Source: an uncultured Alphaproteobacteria bacterium (lineage in GTDB: Bacteria; Pseudomonadota; Alphaproteobacteria; RF32; CAG-239). Taken from it: a DNA stretch of 64,000 nucleotides. Under the pieces are notes generated by a model, which did not search any database, was not told the origin of the DNA, and saw nothing but the letters and a program-made list of their open reading frames with translations. The stretch is taken from assembly GCA_944392865.1 (NCBI GenBank), contig CALXYD010000002.1, forward strand, positions 4,896 to 68,895, in the 5' to 3' direction. Of this stretch, positions 9,321 to 19,448 are shown piece by piece (within the stretch, counting starts at the first letter, position 1; each line of letters opens with the position of its first letter). Made by a program: the position numbers and the translations under genes.

Positions 9321-9929
9321 TTACAAATCCGCAATAACCTGAATACTGACAATTTCATCCGGCTGGCTAACCATTCCGTTATATCCATCGCCTTTCTTTA
9401 TCTTATCAACATATTCCATCCCGGAAATAACCTTACCCCAAACCGTATATTGCCCATTCAAATGCGGACAATCATCATAACAAATAAAGAACTGGCTATC
9501 CGCCGAATCGGGATGCATTGCACGCGCCATTGAAACAATTCCTCGCGTATGGGGTATAGTATTAAATTCAGCCTTTAATTTTTTTCCGCTTCCGCCGGTT
9601 CCCGTTCCGAGCGGACACCCTGTTTGTGCCATAAAACCTTCAATAACCCGATGAAATTTCAACCCGTTATAAAAACCCTGTCGCACCAATTCTTTTATTC
9701 TCGCCACATGATTTGGCGCCGCATCAGGATACATCTCTATAACCACTTCACCGTCTTTAAGTTTCATAACCAAAGCATTTTCAGGGTCATTTACATTATA
9801 AGAATGTTTCATTTTCTTTCCGCGCGTTTCGCTAACGCCAAGCTTCTTTTTCTCTTCCGTCGACAAAGTTTTCGTTGTGCTTTTATCCAGACTTTTCGTC
9901 TCACTTTTTCCTAAAATATTAGACATCAT
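9321..9929 (-). CDS. peptidylprolyl isomerase, cyclophilin type
   Basis: FYNGLKFHRVIEGFMAQTGCPLGTGTGGSG core. A ~40-aa Lys/Ser/Thr-rich N-terminal extension is present, so an internal start at MKHSYNV is possible. Confidence 0.88.
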   Translation of the reverse strand: MMSNILGKSETKSLDKSTTKTLSTEEKKKLGVSETRGKKMKHSYNVNDPENALVMKLKDGEVVIEMYPDAAPNHVARIKELVRQGFYNGLKFHRVIEGFMAQTGCPLGTGTGGSGKKLKAEFNTIPHTRGIVSMARAMHPDSADSQFFICYDDCPHLNGQYTVWGKVISGMEYVDKIKKGDGYNGMVSQPDEIVSIQVIADL

Positions 9930-9969
9930 AAACTCCTTTTAATAGCTGCCTGTTTTATTATTTAGGAGT

Positions 9970-10923
9970 TTATTTTCCTCTATTCAAGACAAAATCAACT
10001 CTTTCTTCAGCCGATAAGCCGGACGGATACGTTTCATCAATCTTCTGCAAAACAGTCTTTAGCCCCCGACCGTTAGCTATTTGAATAGCCAAACCGGGAC
10101 GGGCATTAACCTCAAGCATCATTGGACCGCGATTTTTATCCAATACGATATCTGCGCCCAAATAACCTAAACCCGTCATATCGTATGCCAAAGCACCGAT
10201 AATTAAATGCTCTTTCCAAAAAGGAACCCGTAAATCCATCAGATTTGCTTTTGTGTCCGGATGCTGTGCTATCGGTTTATTATGCATAACCGCCTTCAAA
10301 GGAACACCGGTGCTAACATCCAGCCCGACGCCAACCGCCCCTTGGTGCAAATTCGCTCTTCCGCCGGATTCTTTTGTTGCCAACCGCATCATAACCATTG
10401 CCGGATACCCTTTATAGACAATTACACGCACATCCGGCACCCCGTGGTAACTGAAATCCTTAAAAACATCACTAAAATTAACCGCTTCCTCTATCAGGGC
10501 AACATCATATTGCCCGCCTAAACTAAACAATCCGCTCAATGTATTGGAAACGTGCTGATAAATATCCTTAAAACTAAGCACATTGCCGGAAGCGCTGTAA
10601 AAATTCTGCCCATCGTGCTTTTTAATAACCAACACCCCTTTACCGCCGCTTCCGTGTGCCGGTTTTATAACAAATGTATCATACCCGCGCACCATATCCA
10701 ACAGATTCTTAACTTCATATTGATGTTCAATAATACCTATCATTTTCGGCGTATTGATATTGATACTGTTTGCCAGCTTTTTAGTCTTTACTTTATCATC
10801 AACCAACGTATATAGGGAACGCTTATTATACTGCGCGATGACCGAATAATTGCGGTCGTTCATTCCCAATACGCCGTTGTCGTGCAATTTTTTACCGTTT
10901 AACAGCCACTCAAACATTTTCAT
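9970..10923 (-). CDS. alpha-L-glutamate ligase-like ATP-grasp protein (RimK-related)
   Basis: GVLGMNDRNYSVIAQYNKRSLYTLVDDKVKTKKLA N-terminus and an ATP-grasp core (VIKPAHGSGGKGV, LEVNARPG). It overlaps the upstream 7TM gene by 14 nt. Confidence 0.8.
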   Translation of the reverse strand: MKMFEWLLNGKKLHDNGVLGMNDRNYSVIAQYNKRSLYTLVDDKVKTKKLANSININTPKMIGIIEHQYEVKNLLDMVRGYDTFVIKPAHGSGGKGVLVIKKHDGQNFYSASGNVLSFKDIYQHVSNTLSGLFSLGGQYDVALIEEAVNFSDVFKDFSYHGVPDVRVIVYKGYPAMVMMRLATKESGGRANLHQGAVGVGLDVSTGVPLKAVMHNKPIAQHPDTKANLMDLRVPFWKEHLIIGALAYDMTGLGYLGADIVLDKNRGPMMLEVNARPGLAIQIANGRGLKTVLQKIDETYPSGLSAEERVDFVLNRGK

Positions 10924-12478
10924 TATCCTTATATATCAACGGGGCAAATCTTTTTAATTCCGTCAAACGATAACCTGTATATGTTCCGAGTAACATAACA
11001 ATAAATAAAATCACCAAATTCAACTCATTAAATGCAAACATAATATGCCGCACGGATTCACTGCTAACCACAAAATATGTAACAACTGCCGTCAAAAACG
11101 TATATAAAATTTCCTTAAGCGTATTCATCGCACCATCCTCTTCCCAGGTAATTGACGCACGCTCAATAATCCACGCCGTAATAATTATCGGGAAAAAGAT
11201 TGCCGAACTGACAATAGTATAATTTAAGCGATACCCGACAACCGTCAGTGCCTGAATCAATAAAATAACAAAAATGACCACAAAAGAGATTCTCGGCACC
11301 AGCAACAGATTAAGTTTTGCCACAACGGCACGCATAACCAACCCCAAAGCAATCATAACCGAAAAACAGATAAGCCCCGGCCAAAATCCCGTTTTAACCA
11401 AAGCCATTGCCAACAACATCGGTGTAAAAGTTCCCATCGTAGACACGCCGATAACATTGCGCATAACCACCACGACCAAAATAGCCAGCGGGAAAATCAT
11501 CAGCCATTTCAGCGTATTTTGCTCCAAAATCGGCAACGTATAGATAGAATACTTGTAACTCATCAGTTTATCATTCGCTTGCGCCCGATGTTCCGCCATT
11601 TTCATCGGAGTCGCAACAGATTTCAAAACCGAAAAAACAACTTTGGAATTTTCACCGCCGCGCACATCAAGCAATGAAACACCGCCGCGCTGAATAATCA
11701 CCCAGTTTTTAGGCAACCCGATTTTAGCCGTATTTAAATCATATAACGCCCATTTTCCATCCAGATAAGCTTCCAACATAATATCCGGCTTATCTGTTTT
11801 TCTGTTCTCCTCAAGCCGGATTGTCCAGGCAATCCGCGCCGGAATACGTTTATAAGCCAAAATCTGAATAACTTTCTCGGCAAATTCTTTTGTTGTATAG
11901 TCCAAAGACAAAATCGGCGTCATCGTCGGTGTCGTTACTTCATGATTAACAGTCAGAATAACTTTCTGAACTTTATCTCCTTTCTGTAATTCGGACAGCT
12001 CCCATATTTTACGCATTTGCCCTTGTTCTTCTTCGGTCAGAATAGGACGCCGAACCTTATCTTTGGGAAGAAATACCCGGCTGGAATTTTGTGCTCCGTC
12101 ATAAATACTAAGACGATAATAAAGATTTTGCCGTCCTTCCTTGTCTTTCCCGCTCCAAACAACCCTGTTATTCTTCTTATCGCGCGTAACTTCATATCCT
12201 TTAGCGATAATATCCTCGCTTAATATCGTAAACCCGTCTCGGTCATTTGGAACCGCCAGAGAAACCTGCGTATCCTGCCCATTAGCATCAAAAGACACCT
12301 TAGCTTCAACTGTCCATATATCAGTCAATGTTTTAGGAGAAATTGTGAATCCCCAATATTTGACCTTATAATAAATACCATAGCCGGCATAGATTATTGA
12401 CAACACCAATAACAGAGCAAGCGTTTTTCTTACGGTAAAAAATCGACGCAAAGACAACATTATCAAACCAATCCTCAA
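10910..12478 (-). CDS. inactive transglutaminase-like domain fused to a 7-TM module
   Basis: 522 aa with an N-terminal TM helix and a periplasmic domain. The C-terminal multi-TM block contains NVIGVSTMGTFTPMLLAMAL and LLLVPRISFVV, which is typical of the 7TM partner of RimK-like ligases. Confidence 0.75.
   Translation of the reverse strand: MRIGLIMLSLRRFFTVRKTLALLLVLSIIYAGYGIYYKVKYWGFTISPKTLTDIWTVEAKVSFDANGQDTQVSLAVPNDRDGFTILSEDIIAKGYEVTRDKKNNRVVWSGKDKEGRQNLYYRLSIYDGAQNSSRVFLPKDKVRRPILTEEEQGQMRKIWELSELQKGDKVQKVILTVNHEVTTPTMTPILSLDYTTKEFAEKVIQILAYKRIPARIAWTIRLEENRKTDKPDIMLEAYLDGKWALYDLNTAKIGLPKNWVIIQRGGVSLLDVRGGENSKVVFSVLKSVATPMKMAEHRAQANDKLMSYKYSIYTLPILEQNTLKWLMIFPLAILVVVVMRNVIGVSTMGTFTPMLLAMALVKTGFWPGLICFSVMIALGLVMRAVVAKLNLLLVPRISFVVIFVILLIQALTVVGYRLNYTIVSSAIFFPIIITAWIIERASITWEEDGAMNTLKEILYTFLTAVVTYFVVSSESVRHIMFAFNELNLVILFIVMLLGTYTGYRLTELKRFAPLIYKDNENV
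11725..11738 (+). repeat. copy of the GTATTTAAA core (TAGCCGTATTTAAA)
   Basis: Exact 9-mer core, antisense inside the 7TM gene. Confidence 0.8.
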
Positions 12479-13005
12479 TCTAAAGTATACGATGTAGACG
12501 TATCAACCAAAAACCGCCCAGTTAAAATATTTCTGCCGATTAGCCCCTGATAATCAAAACCGGATCTGTCCGCAATGGAAAACACTGCCGTAAATACCTC
12601 ATCACCCATTTTAACATCCATCTTAACCGCCTTGCGTTGCTCATCTTTTCCAACGCGTTTAACTCTGAATGAACGTTCTATTTTCTTTTCAAATAAATGC
12701 TCTTCGCCGGTTTTTCTGTTTTTCAACAAAAAAGACACCCATTTTTCTCCATCTCTTTCAAAATATTCCACATCTTGACAATCAAGCGAAGATGTCGTCG
12801 CACCTGTATCAATTCTGGCAGCAAAAGGCGATTTCATCGGCAAAAAATAAATTGGCTCCACCTCACCGATAATCGGCAAATGAGCTTTCTCAACAACAAC
12901 TTCTTCCGTTGTGCTGACATTATGCACCACCGCGGGAACAATCACTTGTTTAGATTGGCACGCCGACAACGTTAATATTAAAACCAACAAATAAAACTTA
13001 TGCAT
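12475..13005 (-). CDS. retropepsin-like aspartic protease (annotated in databases as ATP-dependent zinc protease, DUF785)
   Basis: Lipoprotein-type signal (LTLSAC), the D-T-G-A motif in ARIDTGATTSSLD, and GLIGRNIL near the C-terminus. It overlaps the next gene by 4 nt. Confidence 0.7.
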   Translation of the reverse strand: MHKFYLLVLILTLSACQSKQVIVPAVVHNVSTTEEVVVEKAHLPIIGEVEPIYFLPMKSPFAARIDTGATTSSLDCQDVEYFERDGEKWVSFLLKNRKTGEEHLFEKKIERSFRVKRVGKDEQRKAVKMDVKMGDEVFTAVFSIADRSGFDYQGLIGRNILTGRFLVDTSTSYTLD

Positions 13006-13111
13006 TATCCTCTATACCTCATCATTCTAAAGAACATTTCAAGATTAACGTTTACATAGCCTTTTTTTAGAGAATTAACATCAACAAAATAACACTAATA
13101 CACAACGAAAA

Positions 13112-13151
13112 CGACAACAGGCGGATGATAAGCCAACCTGTTGCCGTTTTT
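13112..13151. terminator. hairpin terminator downstream of the porin gene
   Basis: Stem CGACAACAGG / CCTGTTGCCG (one mismatch) with a 15-nt loop. A TTTTT run follows on the + strand and a weaker U-tract on the - strand. Confidence 0.5.
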
Positions 13152-13160
13152 ATATGTTAT

Positions 13161-13174
13161 ACAGTGTATTTAAA
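13161..13174 (+). repeat. copy of the ACA-NN-GTATTTAAA word (ACAGTGTATTTAAA)
   Basis: Exact 14-mer, 8 nt beyond the porin stop codon. Confidence 0.9.
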
Positions 13175-13181
13175 TGCTGTA

Positions 13182-14318
13182 TCAGAAAAATACCGTAGCG
13201 CGCAAACTCGTAACCACCCCGACATCCGATTTTGCATTAAGTGCCGGATTTATATAAAATTGAACATCTGGTGTTATGGTCAACATATCGCCAATACCCC
13301 ATGCCCAATAGGCCTCAATAACTTGTTCCGCGTTATGTGCAAGCTTTTCGCCAACTGCTTTTTCATCAATTTTATTATAAGCGTATGCCACTCCGATTTG
13401 GTCTAATGGATTCCTGCCCAACGGATTGTTATACACGCCGCCGACAACCCAGGACTGCCTGATTTCCTCAACACTTCCGCTTACTTCGTTAAGCCGTGCA
13501 AAAATACTGAACTTATCTCCGATATTTTGAGACAAATTTAACGACCAACCGTTTGTTGTTTCGGGTTGTTCCTTAACACCAGGCTGATTATAAACCATCA
13601 ATGAAATCTCGCTCTCTCCCCACCCTTTAATCGTCGGTGTATAAGAAAAATACCCGAATGTCGTGTAATGCTCTTCCCCTAAATGGTTAAACCGGATACT
13701 CGGAGCATCAACATTCGTCGCATCTAAGCCGCCCAAAACAATATTCCACTCATCATTCGGTTCTATTTGCACATATCCGCCCAAACCGCCGGAAGAATAC
13801 GAAGCAGACGCATTCTGTGCCAAAGCATCATTCAAAAAATTGACTTGCTGATTAGAATCATAAGCCGTCCCGTCAAAATTATACAACGAATATTGCCCGA
13901 CGCCAACGGTTAGCCAATCAAATTTTCCGCCAAACTGATAGGTATAATATAACTCATTAAATTCCGTATCATTATCGGTATAATCGTTTATCCCGGTAAC
14001 ATAACCGGAATTACCGGCTATATCTGCCGCAGAATGCCCGCCGTAGCGCACAATGGAATAGGCAAAATTCAACACCCCCGTCCCATTGCTATTATCAACC
14101 ATTGTCCATGCAAACTCCGGATAAATATATGCCTGCACCGCATTGCTTTTTCCGTTCGGACTTGTTCGTTGTGCTAAAACAGAAACATCTATATTATAAT
14201 CAAAACCGTATTGCTTATTTAATCTGTTCTTAAAATCTTGATAAAATCCGTCCGCATTCGCTTCAGCCGCCAGCAAAAACAAACACCAGCTCATTAACCC
14301 AATCCTTTTATACTTCAT
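13182..14318 (-). CDS. outer-membrane beta-barrel porin (possibly OprB-like carbohydrate porin)
   Basis: Signal peptide (LFLLAAEANA), alternating beta-strand pattern and a C-terminal LRATVFF typical of OMP barrels. The family assignment is tentative. Confidence 0.6.
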   Translation of the reverse strand: MKYKRIGLMSWCLFLLAAEANADGFYQDFKNRLNKQYGFDYNIDVSVLAQRTSPNGKSNAVQAYIYPEFAWTMVDNSNGTGVLNFAYSIVRYGGHSAADIAGNSGYVTGINDYTDNDTEFNELYYTYQFGGKFDWLTVGVGQYSLYNFDGTAYDSNQQVNFLNDALAQNASASYSSGGLGGYVQIEPNDEWNIVLGGLDATNVDAPSIRFNHLGEEHYTTFGYFSYTPTIKGWGESEISLMVYNQPGVKEQPETTNGWSLNLSQNIGDKFSIFARLNEVSGSVEEIRQSWVVGGVYNNPLGRNPLDQIGVAYAYNKIDEKAVGEKLAHNAEQVIEAYWAWGIGDMLTITPDVQFYINPALNAKSDVGVVTSLRATVFF

Positions 14319-14452
14319 TTCCTCGCCTTTCGGTTACATTAAATACCCGATAGGATATAACCATTGAAAACACGAAAAAAAGGGGATTAGCAAAAAAACA
14401 CTTGAACAGAAAAGGGAAATGCAGTAGCCTGCTTTATAGCAAAGGATAAAAA

Positions 14453-15133
14453 ATGATAGCAAAATTAAAAGGCACCATAGATAATATCGGCGAAGATTGT
14501 TGCATTATAGACGTCAACGGCGTCGGCTATCTTGTCAATATGTCATCGCGCTCCCTTTCCAAACTACGGCAAGGCGAATATGCCGTATTGCTGATTGAAA
14601 CCGTAATCAAAGAAGACAGTATGACGCTGTTTGGCTTTCAAACCCCGTGGGAAAAAGAGTGGTTTAACACCCTAACCAAGATACAAGGCGTTGGCGGCAA
14701 AGTCTGCTTAAATATATTAAGCGCCCTATCACCTGCCCAACTATCGCAAGCAGTTGCCGCCCAAGATAAAAACTCTTTCTTGCGCGCCGCCGGTGTCGGT
14801 CCCAAACTGGCCGCCCGCTTGGTCACTGAATTAAAAGACAAAATCGTAACAATTCCGGCGGAATACCTGACCGGAACGGATTTAAACACTGTTTCAAATG
14901 ATGAATCATCTGAAAACAAAATAACTAAAACCCTGTCAAGTAAAACACCTGAACCACCGCAAGATACAGATAATACCTATGCTAAGACCGAAGATGTAAC
15001 TTCTGCCTTAACCAATTTAGGCTATCAAAAAATTGACGCATATCGTGTAGCTTCCGAAATTTGCTTAAAAAATCCCGAAGCAGAACTTGGAACACTGATT
15101 CGCTTGGCCTTAAAAGAATTTACCCAACAATAG
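14453..15133 (+). CDS. ruvA: Holliday junction branch migration complex subunit RuvA
   Basis: MIAKLKGTIDNIGEDCCIIDVNGVGYLV N-terminus, a GVGGKV/GVGPKLA HhH pair and a C-terminal domain III. Confidence 0.92.
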   Translation: MIAKLKGTIDNIGEDCCIIDVNGVGYLVNMSSRSLSKLRQGEYAVLLIETVIKEDSMTLFGFQTPWEKEWFNTLTKIQGVGGKVCLNILSALSPAQLSQAVAAQDKNSFLRAAGVGPKLAARLVTELKDKIVTIPAEYLTGTDLNTVSNDESSENKITKTLSSKTPEPPQDTDNTYAKTEDVTSALTNLGYQKIDAYRVASEICLKNPEAELGTLIRLALKEFTQQ

Positions 15134-15145
15134 GAGGCATACTAA

Positions 15146-16204
15146 ATGTCCGAAGAAAAAGAACGCATAGTCAGTGCCAAAAAAATTTCCGATGATGACG
15201 CCAATTCGCCTGCCGCTGTCAACCTCAGGCCATCAACCTTAGATGAATTTATCGGACAAGACAAAGTATGCCAGAATCTGAAAATATTTATTCAATCCGC
15301 TAAAAGCCGCGGCGAAGTTCTTGACCATGTTTTGCTTTACGGCCCCCCGGGACTGGGCAAAACCACACTGTCAAATATTATCTCCAAAGAACTCGGCGTC
15401 GGATTTAAGGCGACATCTGCCCCGATGATAACCAAATCGGGCGATTTAGCCGCCATTTTAACCAACTTGGAAGCTCGCGACGTCTTATTCATTGATGAAA
15501 TTCACCGGCTAAATCCGGCCATAGAAGAAGTTTTATATTCCGCCATGGAAGACTTCCAACTGGATATTATCATCGGCGAAGGTCCCTCGGCTCGCTCCGT
15601 AAAAATCGACTTGCAGCCTTTTACTCTGGTGGGGGCAACCACACGTTCCGGCTTGGTATCAACACCTTTGCGCGAACGTTTTGGGATTCCGCTGCGAATG
15701 GATTTTTACAACCATGAAGATTTACAAAAAATTGTTCTTCGTGGCGCTCGTTTGCTAAATATGCCCATATCTGACGATGGCGCTATGGAAATCGCCAAGC
15801 GCAGCCGCGGCACGCCGCGTATCGCCGGGCGTTTGTTAAAACGCGTCCGTGACTTTGGCGCGGTCGCCGGCAATGCTGAAATAAATTCAGAGCTTGCAGA
15901 TAAAGCTTTGCGCCAGCTGGACGTTGACGCTTACGGATTAGACGAGTTTGATCGCCGCTATTTAAATTGCATCGCCAAAAATTACGGCGGGGGGCCGGTT
16001 GGCGCCGACACGCTTGCCGCCGCCCTTTCTGAAGAAAGAGATACCATTGAAGAAGTCATTGAACCTTATTTGCTGAAACTCGGCTTTTTGCAAAGAACAC
16101 CACGCGGCAGAATTTTATCTGAACAAGGATGCAAATATTTAGGTATCAGCAAATTCAAAAACAACAACAACCAATTTAGTTTTATGGATGATTTGGGGAT
16201 TTAA
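15146..16204 (+). CDS. ruvB: Holliday junction branch migration DNA helicase RuvB
   Basis: [12 protein letters not shown], Walker [19 protein letters not shown] and [11 protein letters not shown]. Confidence 0.95.
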   Translation: MSEEKERIVSAKKISDDDANSPAAVNLRPSTLDEFIGQDKVCQNLKIFIQSAKSRGEVLDHVLLYGPPGLGKTTLSNIISKELGVGFKATSAPMITKSGDLAAILTNLEARDVLFIDEIHRLNPAIEEVLYSAMEDFQLDIIIGEGPSARSVKIDLQPFTLVGATTRSGLVSTPLRERFGIPLRMDFYNHEDLQKIVLRGARLLNMPISDDGAMEIAKRSRGTPRIAGRLLKRVRDFGAVAGNAEINSELADKALRQLDVDAYGLDEFDRRYLNCIAKNYGGGPVGADTLAAALSEERDTIEEVIEPYLLKLGFLQRTPRGRILSEQGCKYLGISKFKNNNNQFSFMDDLGI

Positions 16205-16207
16205 ACA

Positions 16208-16645
16208 ATGTCATACACAACAGATACAATTAAAGGCAAACTTTTTGAAGATAAAACTTTTTCTTTCCCGATTCGCATATATTATGAAGATACGGATGCC
16301 GGAGGAATTGTGTATTACGCCAATTACCTGAAATATGCCGAACGCGCCCGCACCGAATTTTTACGCCACCTTGGCATAAACCAACAAGAAATGCTGAAAA
16401 ATCAGGAATGCGGTTTTGTCGTTCGTAATTGCAATATCAGCTATAAATCCCCGGCCAGACTTGACGATGCCCTAAACATTACCTGCAAAGTAACCGAATT
16501 AAAAGGCGCTTCCTTAAAAATGGAGCAAAAACTCTATCGGGAAAATACTATTATCTGCGAAATAGAAATAACCCTGGTCTTTTTAAACCTTGCCACAATG
16601 CGCCCGTCCAAAATTCCTGCCGAGATTGGCTCTTTATTACAATAA
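16208..16645 (+). CDS. ybgC: YbgC/FadM-family acyl-CoA thioesterase
   Basis: IRIYYEDTDAGGIVYYANYLKYAERARTEFL hot-dog fold signature. It follows ruvB after a 3-nt gap, as in other proteobacteria. Confidence 0.82.
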   Translation: MSYTTDTIKGKLFEDKTFSFPIRIYYEDTDAGGIVYYANYLKYAERARTEFLRHLGINQQEMLKNQECGFVVRNCNISYKSPARLDDALNITCKVTELKGASLKMEQKLYRENTIICEIEITLVFLNLATMRPSKIPAEIGSLLQ

Positions 16646-16657
16646 AAAAGCTAAAAT

Positions 16658-17764
16658 CTATTCCTCTTTATGCAAATAAACGGATATACTCACCGACGCC
16701 ACAATAATCACCGGCACCCAAACGGCAAACCACGCCGGAATATATGAATTTATGCCAAAAGCAGAAACGACTTGCGATATAAAATAAACAGCAAACCCCG
16801 TGGCAATACCCGAAACAATCATCATCAACACCCCGCCCTGTCGCTGGTTTGGCTTTAAGGAAAAAATACCCGCCACTAAAACCATAGCCATCAAAAAGAA
16901 CGGCAATGCAATCAAACTGAGATAACGCATCTTGTAACGTTGCACCGAAAAACCGGAAGTTTCATAAAATTCAATCGTATCCGGCAAATTCCAAAAAGAA
17001 ATCGCCTCCGGATCCACAAAATTATCTTTAATCCTCTGTAAATTCATCTCTGTCGGATAACGTAAACTATTCAAAATCTCTGCCTGTTGCCCGGCTTTGT
17101 AAATCCGCACATCGCGCAAATTCATTTCTCCGTTTTCCAACGTCGCCACAAACGCCTCTATACGCCTCTCAACTTGCATTTTCTCATCAACCTCAATAAT
17201 ACTGATATCGCGCAACCATAAAACATCGTCTTGCAAGTTAAGATTTCCGGCATTGATTATGGCAACTGTTCCGTTACCTTTCCCTTCTCTTATCCATAAC
17301 CCTTTGTTAGAAAATAAAAAAGCGTTCGGATTATCCGTTGATAAACGATACGACATCGTTTCTCTTAGTTCATAAAGTTTTGCCCCGATAGGATTCAACA
17401 CGGCCACCCAGACAACACCAATCATAAAAACCGCCAGCAATACCGGCACCAGCACGCCCCAAATAGATACGCCGGCAGCCCGGATAATGACAAACTCATT
17501 CGTCTTGCTCAACCGCCAAAAAGCAATCATTGTGGAAACCATCACAATAAAAGGAACAACTTTATCCACCGTTTCGGGCAATTTTGCAATAACATACTCC
17601 ACAAGAAAGCCGATAGACACATCATATCGGCCGGAAGTGCGCCGTAAAATTTCTATCATATCAAACATCATAATAATGGCACACACCACCGCCAACACAA
17701 ACAAAAAATTCAATATTGTCTGTTTAACAAGATATGAGCCTAGAATTGAATTTGGTTTCATCAT
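16658..17764 (-). CDS. lptG: LPS export ABC transporter permease LptG
   Basis: 368 aa with YjgP/YjgQ permease topology: 3 TM helices, a periplasmic beta-jellyroll, then 3 TM helices. The N-terminus matches LptG-like proteins. Confidence 0.85.
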   Translation of the reverse strand: MMKPNSILGSYLVKQTILNFLFVLAVVCAIIMMFDMIEILRRTSGRYDVSIGFLVEYVIAKLPETVDKVVPFIVMVSTMIAFWRLSKTNEFVIIRAAGVSIWGVLVPVLLAVFMIGVVWVAVLNPIGAKLYELRETMSYRLSTDNPNAFLFSNKGLWIREGKGNGTVAIINAGNLNLQDDVLWLRDISIIEVDEKMQVERRIEAFVATLENGEMNLRDVRIYKAGQQAEILNSLRYPTEMNLQRIKDNFVDPEAISFWNLPDTIEFYETSGFSVQRYKMRYLSLIALPFFLMAMVLVAGIFSLKPNQRQGGVLMMIVSGIATGFAVYFISQVVSAFGINSYIPAWFAVWVPVIIVASVSISVYLHKEE

Positions 17765-17776
17765 TGCTAAAAATCC

Positions 17777-18700
17777 CTAAAAATAACCGGTAGATAAATA
17801 ACGCTCAACCCCGTCTGGCAAAACAACAACCAGCCGTTTATTAACAAATTCATCTCTTTCTGCCAGCTTCACCGCCGCCGTAACCGCCGCTCCGGCAGAT
17901 ATACCGATAGGCAATCCTTCCGTTTCCGCAACCGTTTTAACCATTTTAATTGCAACGTCATCATCTATTTTTACGACTTCATCAACCAACGATTTATCAT
18001 AAAACTTTGGCACAAAACCGGCACCGATTCCCTGTATCTTATGGCTACCGGCAGTCTCCCCGCTCAAAACCGCACTTCCGGCAGGCTCTACCGCCGCCAC
18101 AAACAAATCCTGATTATATGTTTTCAACACAGAAGCAATTCCCGTTAACGTTCCGGATGTTCCGACACAGGCCACGATTGCATCAAAATCTCCACCGGTA
18201 TCTTCCAAAATTTCCATAGCCGTCCCCAACCGGTGTGCATTCGGATTCGCCTCATTTTCAAACTGCCCCAGAATAATCACATTCGGATTACGTTCTTTAA
18301 GCATTTCCGCCTTATGAATAGCTCCGCTCATACCATCTTCAGCCTGCGTCAAAATAACTTCCGCGCCAAAATGGCGAATAAGTCTAATTCTCTCCGCCGA
18401 CATATTTTCCGGCATAACAATAATCAGCTTATACCTTTTTGCCGCACAAATCGCCGCCAGAGCAATGCCCGTATTCCCAGACGTTGCCTCCACAAAAACC
18501 GTTTCATCGGATATACCTTTTTTCTCCGCATCTTCCAACATAGAGAGCGCAACTCGGTCTTTAATTGAAAACAAAGGATTATACATCTCGCATTTCGCCA
18601 AAATCTCTGCTTTCAACTTAAACCTCGTCGCCAGATTGCCCAATCGCAGCAAGGGGGTATGTCCCACCATCTCCGTAATTGAATTATAGATTGCCGTCAT
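17777..18700 (-). CDS. cysK: cysteine synthase A
   Basis: NPLFSIKDRVA PLP-lysine motif, the TSGNTGIALA loop and the GTSGTLTG glycine-rich loop. Confidence 0.9.
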   Translation of the reverse strand: MTAIYNSITEMVGHTPLLRLGNLATRFKLKAEILAKCEMYNPLFSIKDRVALSMLEDAEKKGISDETVFVEATSGNTGIALAAICAAKRYKLIIVMPENMSAERIRLIRHFGAEVILTQAEDGMSGAIHKAEMLKERNPNVIILGQFENEANPNAHRLGTAMEILEDTGGDFDAIVACVGTSGTLTGIASVLKTYNQDLFVAAVEPAGSAVLSGETAGSHKIQGIGAGFVPKFYDKSLVDEVVKIDDDVAIKMVKTVAETEGLPIGISAGAAVTAAVKLAERDEFVNKRLVVVLPDGVERYLSTGYF

Positions 18701-19355
18701 TTTCTTTTTCCAAAATATTTAAAAATTCATTCAAACCGCTCATACCTTTCCTTTCCGCACGCGCGGCAACAATAATCGCCGTTGCCTCCTTTATAGCCTC
18801 ATTTAAATCATCATTTACGATGATATAATCATAAAACGCAGCCTCTTTTATCCTTTTAACTGCCATCTGCATCCGTCGCTCTATAACTTCAGATGTATCC
18901 GTACCCCGTTTTTCCAGGCGTTCGCGTAAAATTTTCAACGACGGCGGCAACAGCGCAATCGCTTTAACCCTGTCGCCGGCAAGCTTGCGCAATTGTTGCA
19001 CTCCGGGATAATCCAAATCCAAAATAACGTCTTTACCCTGTCTCAACAACTTATCTACCGGCTCTCTCGGTGTCCCGTATTTAGGCCCGAAATCCGAATC
19101 GACATATTCATACAAAGCTCTTTCTTTTACTAACGCCTTAAATTTATCCTCATCAATAAAATAATAATCTTTTCCTTCCGTTTCCCCTTCTCTCATTGGC
19201 CGCGTCGTAACCGAAACGGATAATTGGATATCATCAAGCTCCTGCAACAGCCTCTTTATAACCGAACTTTTACCGCCCCCGCTCGGTGCCGAAAAAATAA
19301 ACAACTGCCCTTCGCGCTGAATTTCCTTATTTTTATTCATCATAAATCCTCGCAA
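18684..19355 (-). CDS. gmk: guanylate kinase
   Basis: SAPSGGGKSS P-loop and VSVTTRPMREGE. The start may be one of the internal Mets (MMNKNK). Confidence 0.9.
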   Translation of the reverse strand: MRGFMMNKNKEIQREGQLFIFSAPSGGGKSSVIKRLLQELDDIQLSVSVTTRPMREGETEGKDYYFIDEDKFKALVKERALYEYVDSDFGPKYGTPREPVDKLLRQGKDVILDLDYPGVQQLRKLAGDRVKAIALLPPSLKILRERLEKRGTDTSEVIERRMQMAVKRIKEAAFYDYIIVNDDLNEAIKEATAIIVAARAERKGMSGLNEFLNILEKENDGNL

Positions 19356-19448
19356 TCCCCAAAGTTCATATTACACTTCACAAATATCCAAAACCATTAT
19401 ATATAGGATAAAATGCATAAATAAAGCTTTATTTTAAAGGATTACACT

